A DNA stretch of 64,000 bases from Styela clava (Eukaryota): contig NC_135254.1 of NCBI RefSeq assembly GCF_964204865.1, forward strand, positions 15,562,001 through 15,626,000. The letters run 5' to 3'. The position numbers and the translations under genes are program-made. Position 1 is the first letter of the stretch. The number at the start of each line of letters is the position of its first letter. Under the pieces are notes generated by a model. That model was not told where the DNA came from. It saw nothing but the letters and a program-made list of their open reading frames with translations, and did not search any database. Below, in pieces: positions 51,604 to 64,000 of the stretch.

Positions 51604-54119
51604 GATTTTACATCGCAAATCTTGGTTTTCTGGGAATACCTTTTGAAGGCTCATATACATTTATGTACAATTGTGAAGCACAATTGTCAGACACTACACT
51701 CAAAATACGATGACTACTACTATTAGAGTTATCCGCTTTTTGAAGTTGGATACAATGATTAAACTCAAATTTATGTAAAATGATAAAACAGTCGGCATTT
51801 CATTTAAAAAAAATATGTTGTTGCAAATCGTTTGTAACAAGAAAACCCATTTTTAATCAAAGTTGTGACCAAAATGCCTATTTTAATAAAAGTTTATTTT
51901 TTTTTATATGAAATAATACACTGTCTATTGTTCCGCTAACACAATGTAACTTCAAATTCAGCCCAGGTGAGAACTAAAATAGAAATATAATTGGCTGTAA
52001 TTATTTTTTTCAAAGAATCAAACTTTTTGAACTACCTCAACTTCAATGTCAACCTTTTACTGAAACTAATTATAAGTCGAAGACAAACTTCCAAGAAATA
52101 TAATTAATACTTTCGCCGTGTAACACATAATAATTATGCCACTTTCAGGTGACTAATCAATTCTACTTTCACACAATAGAAGCATTAAAAGGTATTTTCA
52201 GCAAAACGAGAGAAAATAAATTGCATTTTTTCGTAATCTCTGACTTGCGTTACATGGGAACGAAATCCTACTTGATCCTAGCTTGCATTCATAAATTTAG
52301 GAAGTAAAGTGAAAAAATTTGCATTTGTATTATGTTAATTTTGGCTGTTATTGTTTTTAGTGGAAATTTATAATTTATTCATGGGTTTGTATGTTTCTAC
52401 GAGGTTTGGGCTTTTGTGTATTCTGATGCTTTGCTTGAGTTGAACCAGTATAGTTACATTAAACTGCCTAAATGATTGTCTGTTCAGAAAAAGTTTCCTA
52501 ATTGCACAGAATGTAAGTACTAGTAAAAATATGCATTTCCCGTTTCTTATTTTATGTACTGTTCGCAGTTATTAGTCCTTTTAATTTAATTGCGACGTAC
52601 ATGAAAATCGTACTACCACTCTAAAAATTATTTTATAAAATGAGCAAACAAAAAAAAAAAACTAAGAAAAACAGGATTCAATGGAGTTAGACTTAATTCG
52701 CATCCGATTTTCAAAACCTGATTTAAATTGAGTCACAGAAACTGGCTTACTAGAAACGACACGTGGCTGATACTTGACTATGGGATGATACTTGATGATC
52801 ATTAGTGGCAGAATTAGATATAACAATAATCGATAATAATATGATAAACGATATTCGGAATAATTGGTCTGTCGTGACAATTTGATCTTGAAATAAACAT
52901 ACATAGCCTGATTTACTCCGATAAGTGCATTCATTAAGTATTACATACAATATACGTCAAATCAATTTATCAATCAGGAACCAGAATTAAATACGTTCAT
53001 TGGAGATTCTTAAAAAAACCATTTGCGAATTAAGAAGCTTTAATTAACAATCTTAATACAACTAACTCATTCAATATGATTATGGGTTTAAACAAGTGTT
53101 TTCTAAATACTTACAGTATACTATTAAAAAATTTTGATTAGGGAATTGACGTAAAACCAAATACGTTAAAATGAAATTAATTGAATTAAAACGGATTGAA
53201 CAAAAGGAAACAAACGATCATTATTTTGTTTAAATATAATCAACTTAAATTTATTATTTTCACGATACAATCAAAATTTGAATTTGTAAGAACCAGGTCA
53301 AGCTTCATTCGAAAACTTATTCTTTTTAATCCCATAATCTCAGATGTTCTCAATTAATTGATAGCATTTATCACTTTGAGCAGCTTGAGTAATTCGCCAT
53401 ACCAAAATGGATGACGTATTTCACACTCAATCCCAAGACAAGATTACACGGCAATTAGTAATCCTGACCCGACACAAAACTCGCAGATAAATTTACTGTT
53501 ATCTGCGGTATAAAACTCAATGCATCAAGAGAGCGATGCTCAAATATATGGACACGAAAGCCAAAACGAAGTAATACAGGTATCCAATCTGTCACAGCAG
53601 ACTACATGTATACCGCAGGCTTCACGACTAACGCGAACGTCATTGCACACAAAAAATGAATTCCATAGAGCCCATAAAATTTAAAATAAGTGAAACTAAT
53701 AGTCTTCCATCGAAAAATACTATCTTTATCCACTGAATATTTCAAAGCAGTTAATAAGAAATTCGATTTTCTTTCATAACAATAAGAACAAAAATACCAA
53801 CAACAACATAATAACAAAACGATTCATAGGTCCATTTCGTGTCCAATAATAAATTTCTAATCGTTGTTAAGGGTGACAATATTAAATCGAACAATGGAAG
53901 TAATCACTTTCTAATAAGATTTATCGAAACGTATAATTTGGTTAAAGATCTCTTTAATTTGACTCAATTGACGAATGAAGTTCCACATTATTATTTCTTT
54001 CACGTGCGCGAAATTTTTTATATTTTTTCTCTTCTATATTCCTGAATAGCTTATAAGCACGCGAATTTTACCCGTGAGATTATTTTGAATAACTTCATTG
54101 ACGAAATCATAGAAACAAA

Positions 54120-54638
54120 ATGGCTATTCTGCAGATAGTTGAATTTGAAAGCAAAAATATTGAAAGGAATATTAAAACGTATAGCAAACTGGAAAAAATC
54201 TATCGATTCAGGAACAACACAAAATTACGTAGACAGAAACACTTAACACTGAAAAACTGTACGGTTTCGAAAAAAACTGAACCAACATCAACGCAGAACT
54301 ATAATAAGATTGCAGCATCTAAAAGAAATAAAGGATTTACCAACAATCTTTGTTCAATCGTGGAATCCGATGAAACAGAGGAGTCAACAAATAATACAAC
54401 AAATGCAAGCTTTTGGATTGGAATTCAAAAAGATTTTGTACAAAAACAAACATTTTATAAGAATTTTAAAATGGATTTGGGAAGAAAACTGAACAATTTA
54501 TTGCCTACAATCGACGAGAACGATGAAATAGTCTACAACAAGGATTTAAAAGCTAAGCAGCATCTTTCTTTAAACTGTAAACCAAGAGAACTTTTCCACG
54601 CAAAGCATGAAAATACAACAATCATATCTTGCTGCTGA
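54120..54638 (+). CDS. Orphan protein, 172 aa, single coding exon (family copy 1)
   Basis: ATG-initiated ORF; diverged intact paralog at 58596; aataaa at ~54722; no domain recognised. Confidence 0.7.
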   Translation: MAILQIVEFESKNIERNIKTYSKLEKIYRFRNNTKLRRQKHLTLKNCTVSKKTEPTSTQNYNKIAASKRNKGFTNNLCSIVESDETEESTNNTTNASFWIGIQKDFVQKQTFYKNFKMDLGRKLNNLLPTIDENDEIVYNKDLKAKQHLSLNCKPRELFHAKHENTTIISCC

Positions 54639-55187
54639 TTGTGAAACCATTAGGCTCGTCATTATATTTTTTTCTAGCTGTTATTGAATTATATTTATCG
54701 ACATTGTGTGCAATATTTTTCAAATAAATTTAATTTTTACCATAGGTTACGTTGAATGAAATTTGTAGAGTAGAAAGGTCAAGATTAAATATCTTAAGAG
54801 TAGGGATGGGTAGTGGAAAGTGAACTGAAAATTCGAGATCGATTCTTTCATAAAGAAAACTCACTAGCATATAGACTACTCAAGAGTAAACACTGTTAAC
54901 GCAATGATCGATCTGTCCTGGTTTGATTAGGAAATGAATCTGAACGAATTTTAGAATTCAAATTTTTTTGGGTAGTGACTGATTCAGCCTCGAAGGTTGA
55001 ATTGTTATAACAACCGAGTTGGATGATCTATAAACTCGGACAAATTACGCTGTAACCAAGTAAGATAGTATCGAGCATATATAGGGCTATAGGAATTGGG
55101 CCTAATTGTATGCAAATTTAGTTGTAGGCAAAAAAGTATGAATAGTAACAATCGCGGAGTTACAAGTGACAATTGGTGGGTTGTACC

Positions 55188-55533
55188 CAGTGGTAGGATT
55201 CATGGGGTTCTCTCAAACCCGTTAACAGAATGGCACAATACTTAGCAACCCTGTTTTTGTTTTGTTTCAAACGTTAGACGACCACAGCAAATTGGTAACG
55301 TACCTACGAGACGACTGCAGCGTTGTACTGTATTTGCTGCTTTGCGTAAGTTATGTACTAAATTTATGTAAAGCATGTCATGTTAATGAGCTTATTTGTG
55401 ACATTAAATAGAAATTGTTACGTACAGTTACAGATATATAAATTTGACATAACTTTTCTGAAATGAGTTAAGTGTCGTTAGTTAGTTCGACACAACAGAG
55501 AACCTGTTATTTAAAATGTTGAATCTATCACTG
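55188..55533. mobile_element. hAT-like MITE
   Basis: TIR cagtggtaggattca / tgaatctatcactg; no clear TSD. Confidence 0.6.
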
Positions 55534-56916
55534 TCGTCTGTATTTATATATAGGCTCATCTTAGAGGTGGTAACATAAAACTTAGAACATAGCAACTGAC
55601 GCATTACTTAACGAAACAAGTCGAAACTGCCATAGAAACACCTCGACGTGGCGAATTCCACGAAACAGAAGATTTTGTGACAACCTTTGCTATGCATAAA
55701 TGGAATCTGTCTGATTAGATGGTGGACGTACCAAACTCTTTCCGATAAGAACCAAGCCAAATGCCACGTTTATTATGATATCTACAAATGAGATAGGTAA
55801 ATTCAAACGGTGTAAGTATTTTTAGAATATCAACTAGTATAATATTTTTCGAATTGGAATTTCAAGTATATTTGAAGTCACGCTGTAGAATTATTTATTT
55901 AAGGTGTTTCACCTCTTTCTTCAACGCAAGAGAAATATCTGTCATTTTACTACAAAAAAGCATAAAAGATAATTGCGAATCTATGTCGTTTTAGGTAAAA
56001 AAAAAATTTCCGTTCTAGGTAATTTTACCGATATAAATTTAATAATCTTACTATTCAAAAGCAAAAGTGCTAAGCCTGAGAGAATAAACAAATTGCCAAA
56101 TTGACAAATAAACATCAACCTTATATATTATAAAACATGAACTTAAAGACGAATGTTCTTGCAGCTGGATCATATTTGGAAAGATAAATATAAATATAAT
56201 TGATTGTAATCGTCTTTATCAAAAGCCGGCATCCACGAACTATACGTCAACGTTAACCACAATCATCAATTACTACTATTTCTTGTACAGAACAAATGAT
56301 GCGTCGAATTAAAAGTTATTAGTTCATGAACTTAATAGTAGCATGTAACACTTAAACATTATGTACGCGTAAACAATGAAGATACAAAAGTTCATTTACA
56401 TGGAACAAGTTACAGATGTTAAAGCATGATTGGCGCTACAAAAATAGAAAAAATATGTCTTTGATTCAATGTATTGCTCTTTTATTTATTCTTCGAAGAA
56501 GTTCAATCTTTTTGATCACTTCCGACTTCCTGCTTATTTTGAAGCTCGGGTCAAATTTATGCTTATATGCTGAAACAAGATTCGGTTTTAAATGGAGTTC
56601 ACTGTATAATATATTTCGTGTCGTCTGTCGGTATCGTTGTTATATGGCACACGTTGCGGGTATGCCGCATATGATGTATTTATTATTATAAACACTGATT
56701 TCCAACTTCAGCCTGTAATTAGAAAAAAAATACGGAAATGGTCGGACTGCGATTAAAATTATGAAGGTCTAACGGATCCCAAACAACTATAATTATCACC
56801 GTAGTTCCGTTTTCCTGTTAAATTATGGCTTTGTTAATCAATTGTGAACTAAATAAAATAATAAACACACCGGTAGCTGGAGGAAACGCTTTCGGATAAT
56901 AATAAACAATCTAGCA

Positions 56917-57230
56917 CACTGGTTCTCAACCAGTGGGCCATGGCTCACTGCTCGGCCATAGATTCTTTTCAAGTGGGCCACAAGCCTATTAAAAATTACT
57001 ACGGTTATTGAAAAGTTTGGTTTCATTTGTGTCAGTATAGTCAAATTTTTAGGGTGGTAGCAATGAATGATGCTGCTGCTTTTCATTCTAATTTTAAAAT
57101 GAAAGTATTTATTTTTGCCAAAAAGTCTCGTTTTTCTTGTAGTTTTTTCCTTCCATGAGAAAGATAGTGGGCCACAGAATTTTCATGCAACGAAAGTGGG
57201 CCACGAAAGAAAAAAGGTTGAGAACCACTG
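56917..57230. mobile_element. hAT MITE
   Basis: cactggttctcaacc / ggttgagaaccactg; repeated gtgggcca. Confidence 0.8.
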
Positions 57231-58595
57231 ATAGCACAATTGCTGTCTACATCGCATGGCTGGGTATTTCGAATCGAAAAGTAAATTATTCGAATCAATT
57301 CATACGACAATTTTGAATCGCCGCGATCTTGTCTTTTTTGACCGCCAAAGACGACGAGTTTCTTCATATTTCGCTATTGATGGAACATGTTTCTTACTGT
57401 GTACGACAACTCCGCGAACTAACTGAGTGATGGATTCTGTGTTTTCATTAATTTACCGTAGGAGGCCCGATTGCAATAAAAAAGTCTCATACAGTTACGT
57501 CGTTGTTTTAATTTAAATATCTTCCAAGTACATTCGATTCGAATAAATGTTCGATTTGATTCTGAAATCATTCGAAAAGTGTCCTAATGATTGTAACCCA
57601 GCATGCTTATAATTTTTTTTTTATCCCGAATGGGCTATTTTTTATCGCCAGGTTTTCTCCATCGGAAGTAATTTTGTCGTTCTTGGGGAGAAATAATTTT
57701 GTATTCGATGTGGTATTACTAATATTTAGTACTTTATTATTACTATAATACTTTTTAGTATTACATTTATGCACACATTAAAAGCTATTTGAACTGTACA
57801 AAAGAGAGAGTGCGACTTGCGCATATCACAAGCTAATGGTCCATTGAAGATTGAACAAAAAAAGTAGTTTTAATGCGTAGTGAAGATGGAATAAAAAAAT
57901 CCGAAATACACAAAAGTACGAATTTAACGGAAAGAACCACTCATAACAGAAGCCTACCATTTCAGCAGAGTGTAAAAAGTTGGGTAGACCCCAGCAGTCC
58001 AAGGATATTTCGGTTCTCCATGGCAGTTCCCTACACTTTCTTTAGACTTTAGAGATTTCGCACCGAGTTTTGCTTAAAGAGGTATCAGTCAAAAATAACG
58101 CTATTTTACATGTTAACGTTTGGGAATGAGGGTGAAATGTTTTTTCTTTTTCATGGGGTGAGCTATATTGAGCCTGCTGTCAAAAAGTAATGATGACATC
58201 ATTCAACTGTCAATTCAAAAAATAGTGGTAATTTATCAGTGCTTATGTGATTTTTAAGTCGTGTTTCATGATTGGTTTATACTTAATCAAAATATTTACC
58301 TATTTATTTGTTTGTCTTCACTACAATACGAAGCTGCTATATTTTTAATTATAGTGTTTGGAATCTACAATTAGAAATTAATTGAAAGGAAGTTAAACTC
58401 TTTTAAATAGGCGTACTGAAACTAATAATTTTGTTTAATATTAAGTTTATTTAAGTGGTACGTACTTTGCCTCAGATGTTTCCGTGGGTAGGTTGATTTA
58501 TTACATTTTATTTTCTCTTCGCAGAATATAAGTGCGCGAATGTTGTCCGTGATCTCATTTTACGCAACACTTTGTCACAAGTCGTAGCATAGAAA

Positions 58596-59126
58596 ATGGC
58601 TGTTCTACAAATAATTGAATATTCCAGCGAAGATATTGTCGAGAAAACTAATAAAAATTGCAATAGTAATCGAATTGCGGAAAGAATACATTGCTTTAAC
58701 AAAGAAATCAATTCTGGTCGGAAGCATATCAACGAACTAAAGAATTTCATGGCTGTGGAGAAATTCGAATCGAAGTCATTGGAAAGGCAAAAGCGAGTTT
58801 TTTCAACAAAATCAAAAAGAAAATTCACTAACCTATGCGCAATCAAGGAATCGGAAGAAACAGTGGAAATAATAAACAAGACATCGAATTTATGGATTAA
58901 AATTGAAATGAATCAAAGAAATTTCGCGGAAAGACAACTATTTTCAAAAAATAATAAAACAAATCTGCGACGAAAAATGAACAATATGTTACCGGTAATT
59001 GACGAAAAAGACGAAATAATTTATAATACGGAATTAAACGCAAAACGGTATCGTTCTATAAACTGCAAACCACGAAATCATTTCCGGGAGAAACATGAAT
59101 TTAAATTATTTGTATCTTGCCATTAA
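58596..59126 (+). CDS. Orphan protein, 176 aa, single coding exon (family copy 2)
   Basis: Colinear with 54120-54638 (MAxLQIxE, LCxIxES, W, LxRKxNNxLPxIDE, NCKPR, KHE, SC-x-stop); acceptor ttttctcttcgcag at ~58511-58524; aataaa at ~59188. Confidence 0.72.
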   Translation: MAVLQIIEYSSEDIVEKTNKNCNSNRIAERIHCFNKEINSGRKHINELKNFMAVEKFESKSLERQKRVFSTKSKRKFTNLCAIKESEETVEIINKTSNLWIKIEMNQRNFAERQLFSKNNKTNLRRKMNNMLPVIDEKDEIIYNTELNAKRYRSINCKPRNHFREKHEFKLFVSCH

Positions 59127-61625
59127 TTTTTTTACATTACCGTCGAAATATATTTATAGTATTACCTTAAAGTGCAATATGTATGAAAATAAATTTATTT
59201 ATATAAAATGTTGTTGAATTCTTCAGGAGGTAACAAAGGGGTAGATACGACAACTGAGTGCTTTTTCGAGCCTTGTTTTTCTCAGTCACTTCCGTATAAC
59301 ATAGGGTAATCAACACGATGTCAAAGGGGGAATAGGCAATTGGAATTTTAGCTGCCGTTTAGATATTTCGTTTGCTCAGATAGATTTTCAGACGTAGGAT
59401 AATGAATGGCAAGTGTATGTTGGGCATGCACCATCAGTCGAGTCCTTGAAATATACTTGAGATTACAAACTGAAATAAAATATGTAAATACTGTTTTATC
59501 GATTTTGAAAAAATAAACTGAATAAAATTTTCTATCAAGGCATTTCCAGAATAAACTCGAGGTTTATTTTATCATTTCTTCAAAACCAAATTTCCTGAAC
59601 TAATTATATGGCACTAACTTAAGACGAGTTTGAAACAGCTCAATCTATTTTATTTGATTTAATAGTTTAAATTATATACAACGAAAATTTCAAAGTTTAT
59701 ATATCGTCGAAATGAGTAAATAAAATTTCGACCCAATTTTGAATCCGCAAACCGAAATTTAAAAACAAAGGAGAAGCTGTAGATTGTTAAGAAGAAGCAT
59801 ACCTTACTTATGTTTAAACGTAATTTTTGGGATATTAAGTGGACTACTAACATTGCGCTGGTCGTATTCGTACTCCCCTAATAGCCGGGAGTGGCAGTCC
59901 TAGTGGAATGACAAAACTACATCAACCTGACTTTCACTCATTTACTGAAACTAATCATAAGTCGAAGACAAACTTCCAGGAAATATACTTAATACTTTCG
60001 TCGTGTAACACATAATAATTATGCCACTTTCAGGTGATTATTTAAAGCTACTCTCACACAATATAACTATTAAAAGGTATTTTCAACAAAACGAGAGAAA
60101 TAAAAATATTGCATTCTCTCGTAATTTTTGGCTTGCGTTGCGGGGATAACTCTTGCAAGACACTAGCTTGCATTTCTTTCATAAATTTATCAAGGAAAAC
60201 GAAAAACTTTGCATTTGTATTATGTTAATTTTGGCTGTTATCGTTTTTGGTGGATTTTTATAATTCATCCATGGGGTTTTATGTTCCTACAAGGTTTGGG
60301 CATTGGTGCATTCTCATGCTTTGCCGAAGTTGAACTGGTAGTTACTTAAAATGCTAATTAAATGATTGTCTGTTGAAAAATAGTTTCTTAATTGCACAGA
60401 ATGTAAATAGTAGTGAAAATATGCATTTTCCGTTATTTATTCTATGTGCTGTGTTGCACAGATATTAGTCGTTTAATTTAATTGAGATGTGTATGAAGAC
60501 TTAATCTCCAACTTATTTTTAAAACTCGATTTGAATTGAGTCCCAGAAGCTGACTTTACTGGAAATGACACGGGGCTGATACTTCTCATTGATGGATTTG
60601 TACTTGACTAGTCAAGTGAATCTTTAGTAGCAGAATTTGATATAATAATATTAGATAATAAGATGATAAACGATATACGGCATAATTGGTGTGTCATGAC
60701 AATTTAACTTCAAAATAAACACAGCGAGCCTGATTTTCTCCGATAAATGCATTCATTAAATATTACATACGATAGACGTCAAATCAATTTATCAATTAAG
60801 AACTAGAATTAAATACGTTATTTGGAGATACTTAATAACATTTGCGAATTAAGAAGCTTTAATTAACAATCTTAATACAACTACCGGTAACTCATTCCAT
60901 ATGATTATGGGTTTAAACAAGTGTTTTCTAAATACTTACAGTACTATTAAAATTTTTTGATTAAAGAATTGACGTAATACCAAATACGTTAAAATGAAAT
61001 TAGTTGTATTAAAACGGATTGAACAAAAGGATCTAAATGATCATTATTTTGTTTAAATATAATCAACTCAAATTTATTATTTTCACGATATATTCAAAAT
61101 TGTAAGAAACAGGTCAGGCATTACTTAAAAAATGATTCCCTTTAAGCCCATAATCTCAACTCAATTAATTAATAGCATTTATCACTTTGAGCACTTTGAG
61201 CTACCAAAATTGATGACGTATTTCACACTCAATCCCAGACAAGATTACACGGCAATTATTAACTACTCGGCATAGAACTTGCAAGTAAATGTGCTGTTGT
61301 CTATAAAGTGAAACTCATTGCAATAAGAGAGCGTTGCTCAAATATATGACACATTAGCCAAAACGAAGTAATATAAGGTATACAATCTGTCACTGTATGC
61401 TAGCGCTGTCTTCACAACTAACGCGAATGTCATCGCACACAATAAACGAAAAAACAAATCTCATGGAGCCCATAAAATATTTTGAGGTAAGGAATAGCTT
61501 CTAGCCAAAATTAAATGAAAATGAAATTTCTTCTTTAAATGAAATTTCAAAGCAATTGGTCCCGAAGTTAATAAGAAATGCTAATTTTTCATAAAAATAA
61601 GAACAAAAATACCAACAACAACATA

Positions 61626-61950
61626 ACGGGAATATCGGTCAGTATCCGAAGACTTATCGATCGAAAGTTAGGGGATCCCCAAAACAGCGCTCTTACCTCA
61701 TAGTGACACTCTATGTCCTATCACTAATTAATTAATAAATCGCTAATTATACGACATAATCTGCCCAAAATCAATAGGTCCGAGATATGATGAATGCACA
61801 TGCAAAATCTGGAGCAGATTCAATCCCGCTTTCATGAGATATCGCGTGCATCTAACAGACATACACACAACCAGACAGACAGACAGACAAATACCTATCA
61901 CCATACTCACCGATTAAAATCGATAAGTAACGATTAAAATCGATAAGTAA
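61626..61950 (-). mobile_element. Helentron-like HINE, family B, present only in duplication copy 2
   Basis: Subterminal inverted repeats acttatcgat (61652-61661) / atcgataagt (61919, 61939), (acag)n microsatellite; empty site acata/ataacaaaa at ~53810 in copy 1. Confidence 0.82.
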
Positions 61951-62259
61951 TAACAAAATAATCTATGGGTAAATTTCTAATCGTTGTTAGGGATGTCAAT
62001 ATTAGATCGAACAATGAAAGTGGTCACTTTCTAAGTTTCTAATAAGATTTATCGAAACGTATAATTTGGTTAAAGATCTCTTTAATTTGCCTCAAATGAC
62101 GAATGAAGTTTCACATTATCATTTCTCTCACGTGTGCGAAAATTTTTATATTTTCCTCTTCTATATTCCTGAATATAAGAAGAATATTCCTTATAAGCAC
62201 GATAATTCTACTTATGGCATTATTTTGAATAACTTCATTGGCGAAATCATAGGAACAAA

Positions 62260-62776
62260 ATGGCTATTCTGCAGAAGTTGAATTTGAAAGCAAAAATGAT
62301 GAAACAAATGATGAAACAAATAGAAAACTAGAAAAAATCTATCGATTCAGGAACAACACAAAATTACGTAGACAGAAGGACTTAACACTGAAAAACTGTA
62401 CGGTTGCGAAAAAACTGAGCCAACATCAATAAATTACTAAAATATAATTGCTGCATCTAGAATAAAGAATGGATTTACCAACAATCTGTGTTCAATTGTG
62501 GAATCCGATAAAACAGAAGAATCAACAAATCAAACAACATATGGAAGCTTTTGGATTGAAATTCAAAAAGATTTTGTACAAAAACAAACATTTTGGAAAA
62601 ATTTTAGAATAGATTTGCGAAGAAAAATGAACAATTTATTGCCTACAAATGACGAAAAAAATGAAATAATCTACAACAAGTGATTAAAAGCTAAGCAGCA
62701 TCGTTCTCTCAACTGTAAACCAAGACATCTTTTCCACGCAAAACATGGAACTGCAACAGTCATATCTTGCTGCTGA
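62260..62776 (+). pseudogene. Disrupted orphan-family copy 3
   Basis: Close paralog of 54120-54638 with a 1-bp deletion after codon 5 (cagatagtt to cagaagtt), another indel near 62410 and a premature TGA at 62681. Confidence 0.82.
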
Positions 62777-63589
62777 TTGTGAAACCATTCAGCTCGTCAT
62801 TATATTATTTAAAACTTTTATTGAAATATATTTATTAACATTGCGTGCAAGATTTTTTAAATAAAGTTAATTTGCTATTAATCATATTTTACGTTAAATG
62901 ATTTTGTAGAGTAGAAAGGTCAAGATTACATTTCTTAAGAGTGGGATTGGGTGGCGAAAAGTGAGCTGAAAAATTTACCGACATCGATTCTTTGATACAG
63001 AAAACTCACTAGTTCATACTCAAAAGTAAACAATGTTAACGCAATGATTGATCTGTCTTCGTTTGGTTAATGTAGTGTAGGCCTGTAGGGCGTCGTGACT
63101 AAAAATTGGTCTGAACAAATGTTTTTTTTGGTTGTGACTCATTCAGACTCGAAGATTAAATTGTTACGATTTCCCACTTTTGCGTAAAGCTTAGCTACAT
63201 TTTATAAGCAGATTATGAATATGTATTGGTGAAGTTGACGCAAATATTCAGCTTAAAACCATGAGGTTTGTAACCACAACCTAAGATATTCTTATAAGCA
63301 GAAGGCATCTTGAAACGCTATCGCGCAGATGTACACAGAGCGTGCGACACCTGTGGTGATACAACGAGTTTTCGATGAAGTGGGATCTGAGGTATAACCA
63401 CCATTGACAGTTCCAATTAAACTTGTATATGTGTGAAATCACACTCAGCCAAGCTAAACGTAGGATTGTTGATATCTTTGGTTAAATATGGTATTCTTTA
63501 CATGAGTGGCTTGGTAATGGAAGGATTTCATGATGTGAAATTATTTCAGAGGAGCTCCGACGAACCCCTGATAAAGCTCTACCGAACCC

Positions 63590-63925
63590 AGGGGCAAAAG
63601 TACGTGGGTGCAAATGTACGCAGGTGCAAATGTATTTTCTCGGCTGCAAATGTACGCGTTGCAAATGTCCGCGAGTGTCAATTTCCGTGGGTGAAAATTT
63701 AAGGGGGTGCAAATATACATGGGTGCAAATATCTATAGGTGCAAATGTTCATGGGTGCAAATGTTCATCTGCGCAATCTGTGTTGGTGCTAAAATCTGCT
63801 GGTGCAAATGTATCGGTGCAATTGTTCATGGGTGCAAATGTTCGTGGGTGCAAAAATATACAGATGCAATTATCCTGGGTGCAAATGTACGTGTACAATT
63901 GTACGTTGGTGCAAATATATTGAAA
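63590..63925. repeat. Array of ~16-17-bp ggtgcaaatgt units, probably MITE-internal
   Basis: More than a dozen (gg)tgcaaat occurrences; absent from duplication copy 1. Confidence 0.8.
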
Positions 63926-64000
63926 CCAGGAAAAGTATTTGTCATTTTACTGCAAAAAAAAAAAAAAAAGATTATTGCGAATATATGTCGTTTGAATATA

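Larger units (their letters stand above)
52050..56000 (+). repeat. Segmental duplication, copy 1 (paired with 59935-64000)
   Basis: Colinear similarity from tttactgaaactaat...aagtcgaagacaaacttcc to ~55010, resuming at gtcattttact...gcgaat (55941 vs 63941). Confidence 0.9.
59935..64000 (+). repeat. Segmental duplication, copy 2, running off the window
   Basis: Colinear with 52050-56000 at ~7.9 kb offset; differs by TE insertions. Confidence 0.9.

Noticed and set aside
63433-63923. Cys-rich / GANV-repeat ORFs
   Set aside because: Translation of the ggtgcaaatgt repeat array, open in several frames; no ATG-led gene structure

Overview
AT-rich, intron-containing animal genomic DNA, probably an invertebrate chordate such as an ascidian (inferred from gene style, not proven). 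All gene models and alignments were built by eye. The window starts inside a ~195-bp satellite array (1-~3960). Genes: a GNL3/nucleostemin-family GTPase with a single coding exon (+); a convergent 9-exon GTPBP6/HflX GTPase (-) with a GC-AG first intron; two tandem intronless 11-finger C2H2 genes (-); three 6-exon CYP4-clan P450 genes; a 7TM-like pseudogene fragment; a 7-exon type II membrane C-type lectin; and three copies (two intact, one disrupted) of an unrecognised ~175-aa orphan ORF, two of them in a ~7.9-kb-offset segmental duplication. Introns and intergenic DNA are dense with hAT, Tc1/mariner and ISL2EU-like MITEs, Helentron-like (HINE) elements and a tRNA-derived SINE. Most interesting: (1) the orphan family conserves repeated LxxIxE (PP2A-B56 docking-like) motifs; (2) TA-CCGG-TA / TA-CCG-TA motifs cluster at gene 5' ends and look like transposon excision footprints, with one seen as an indel between duplicated segments; (3) the lectin has one Tyr motif per cytoplasmic exon; (4) ZNF paralog substitutions concentrate in recognition helices; (5) two related MITEs inserted at target sites offset by 1 bp.
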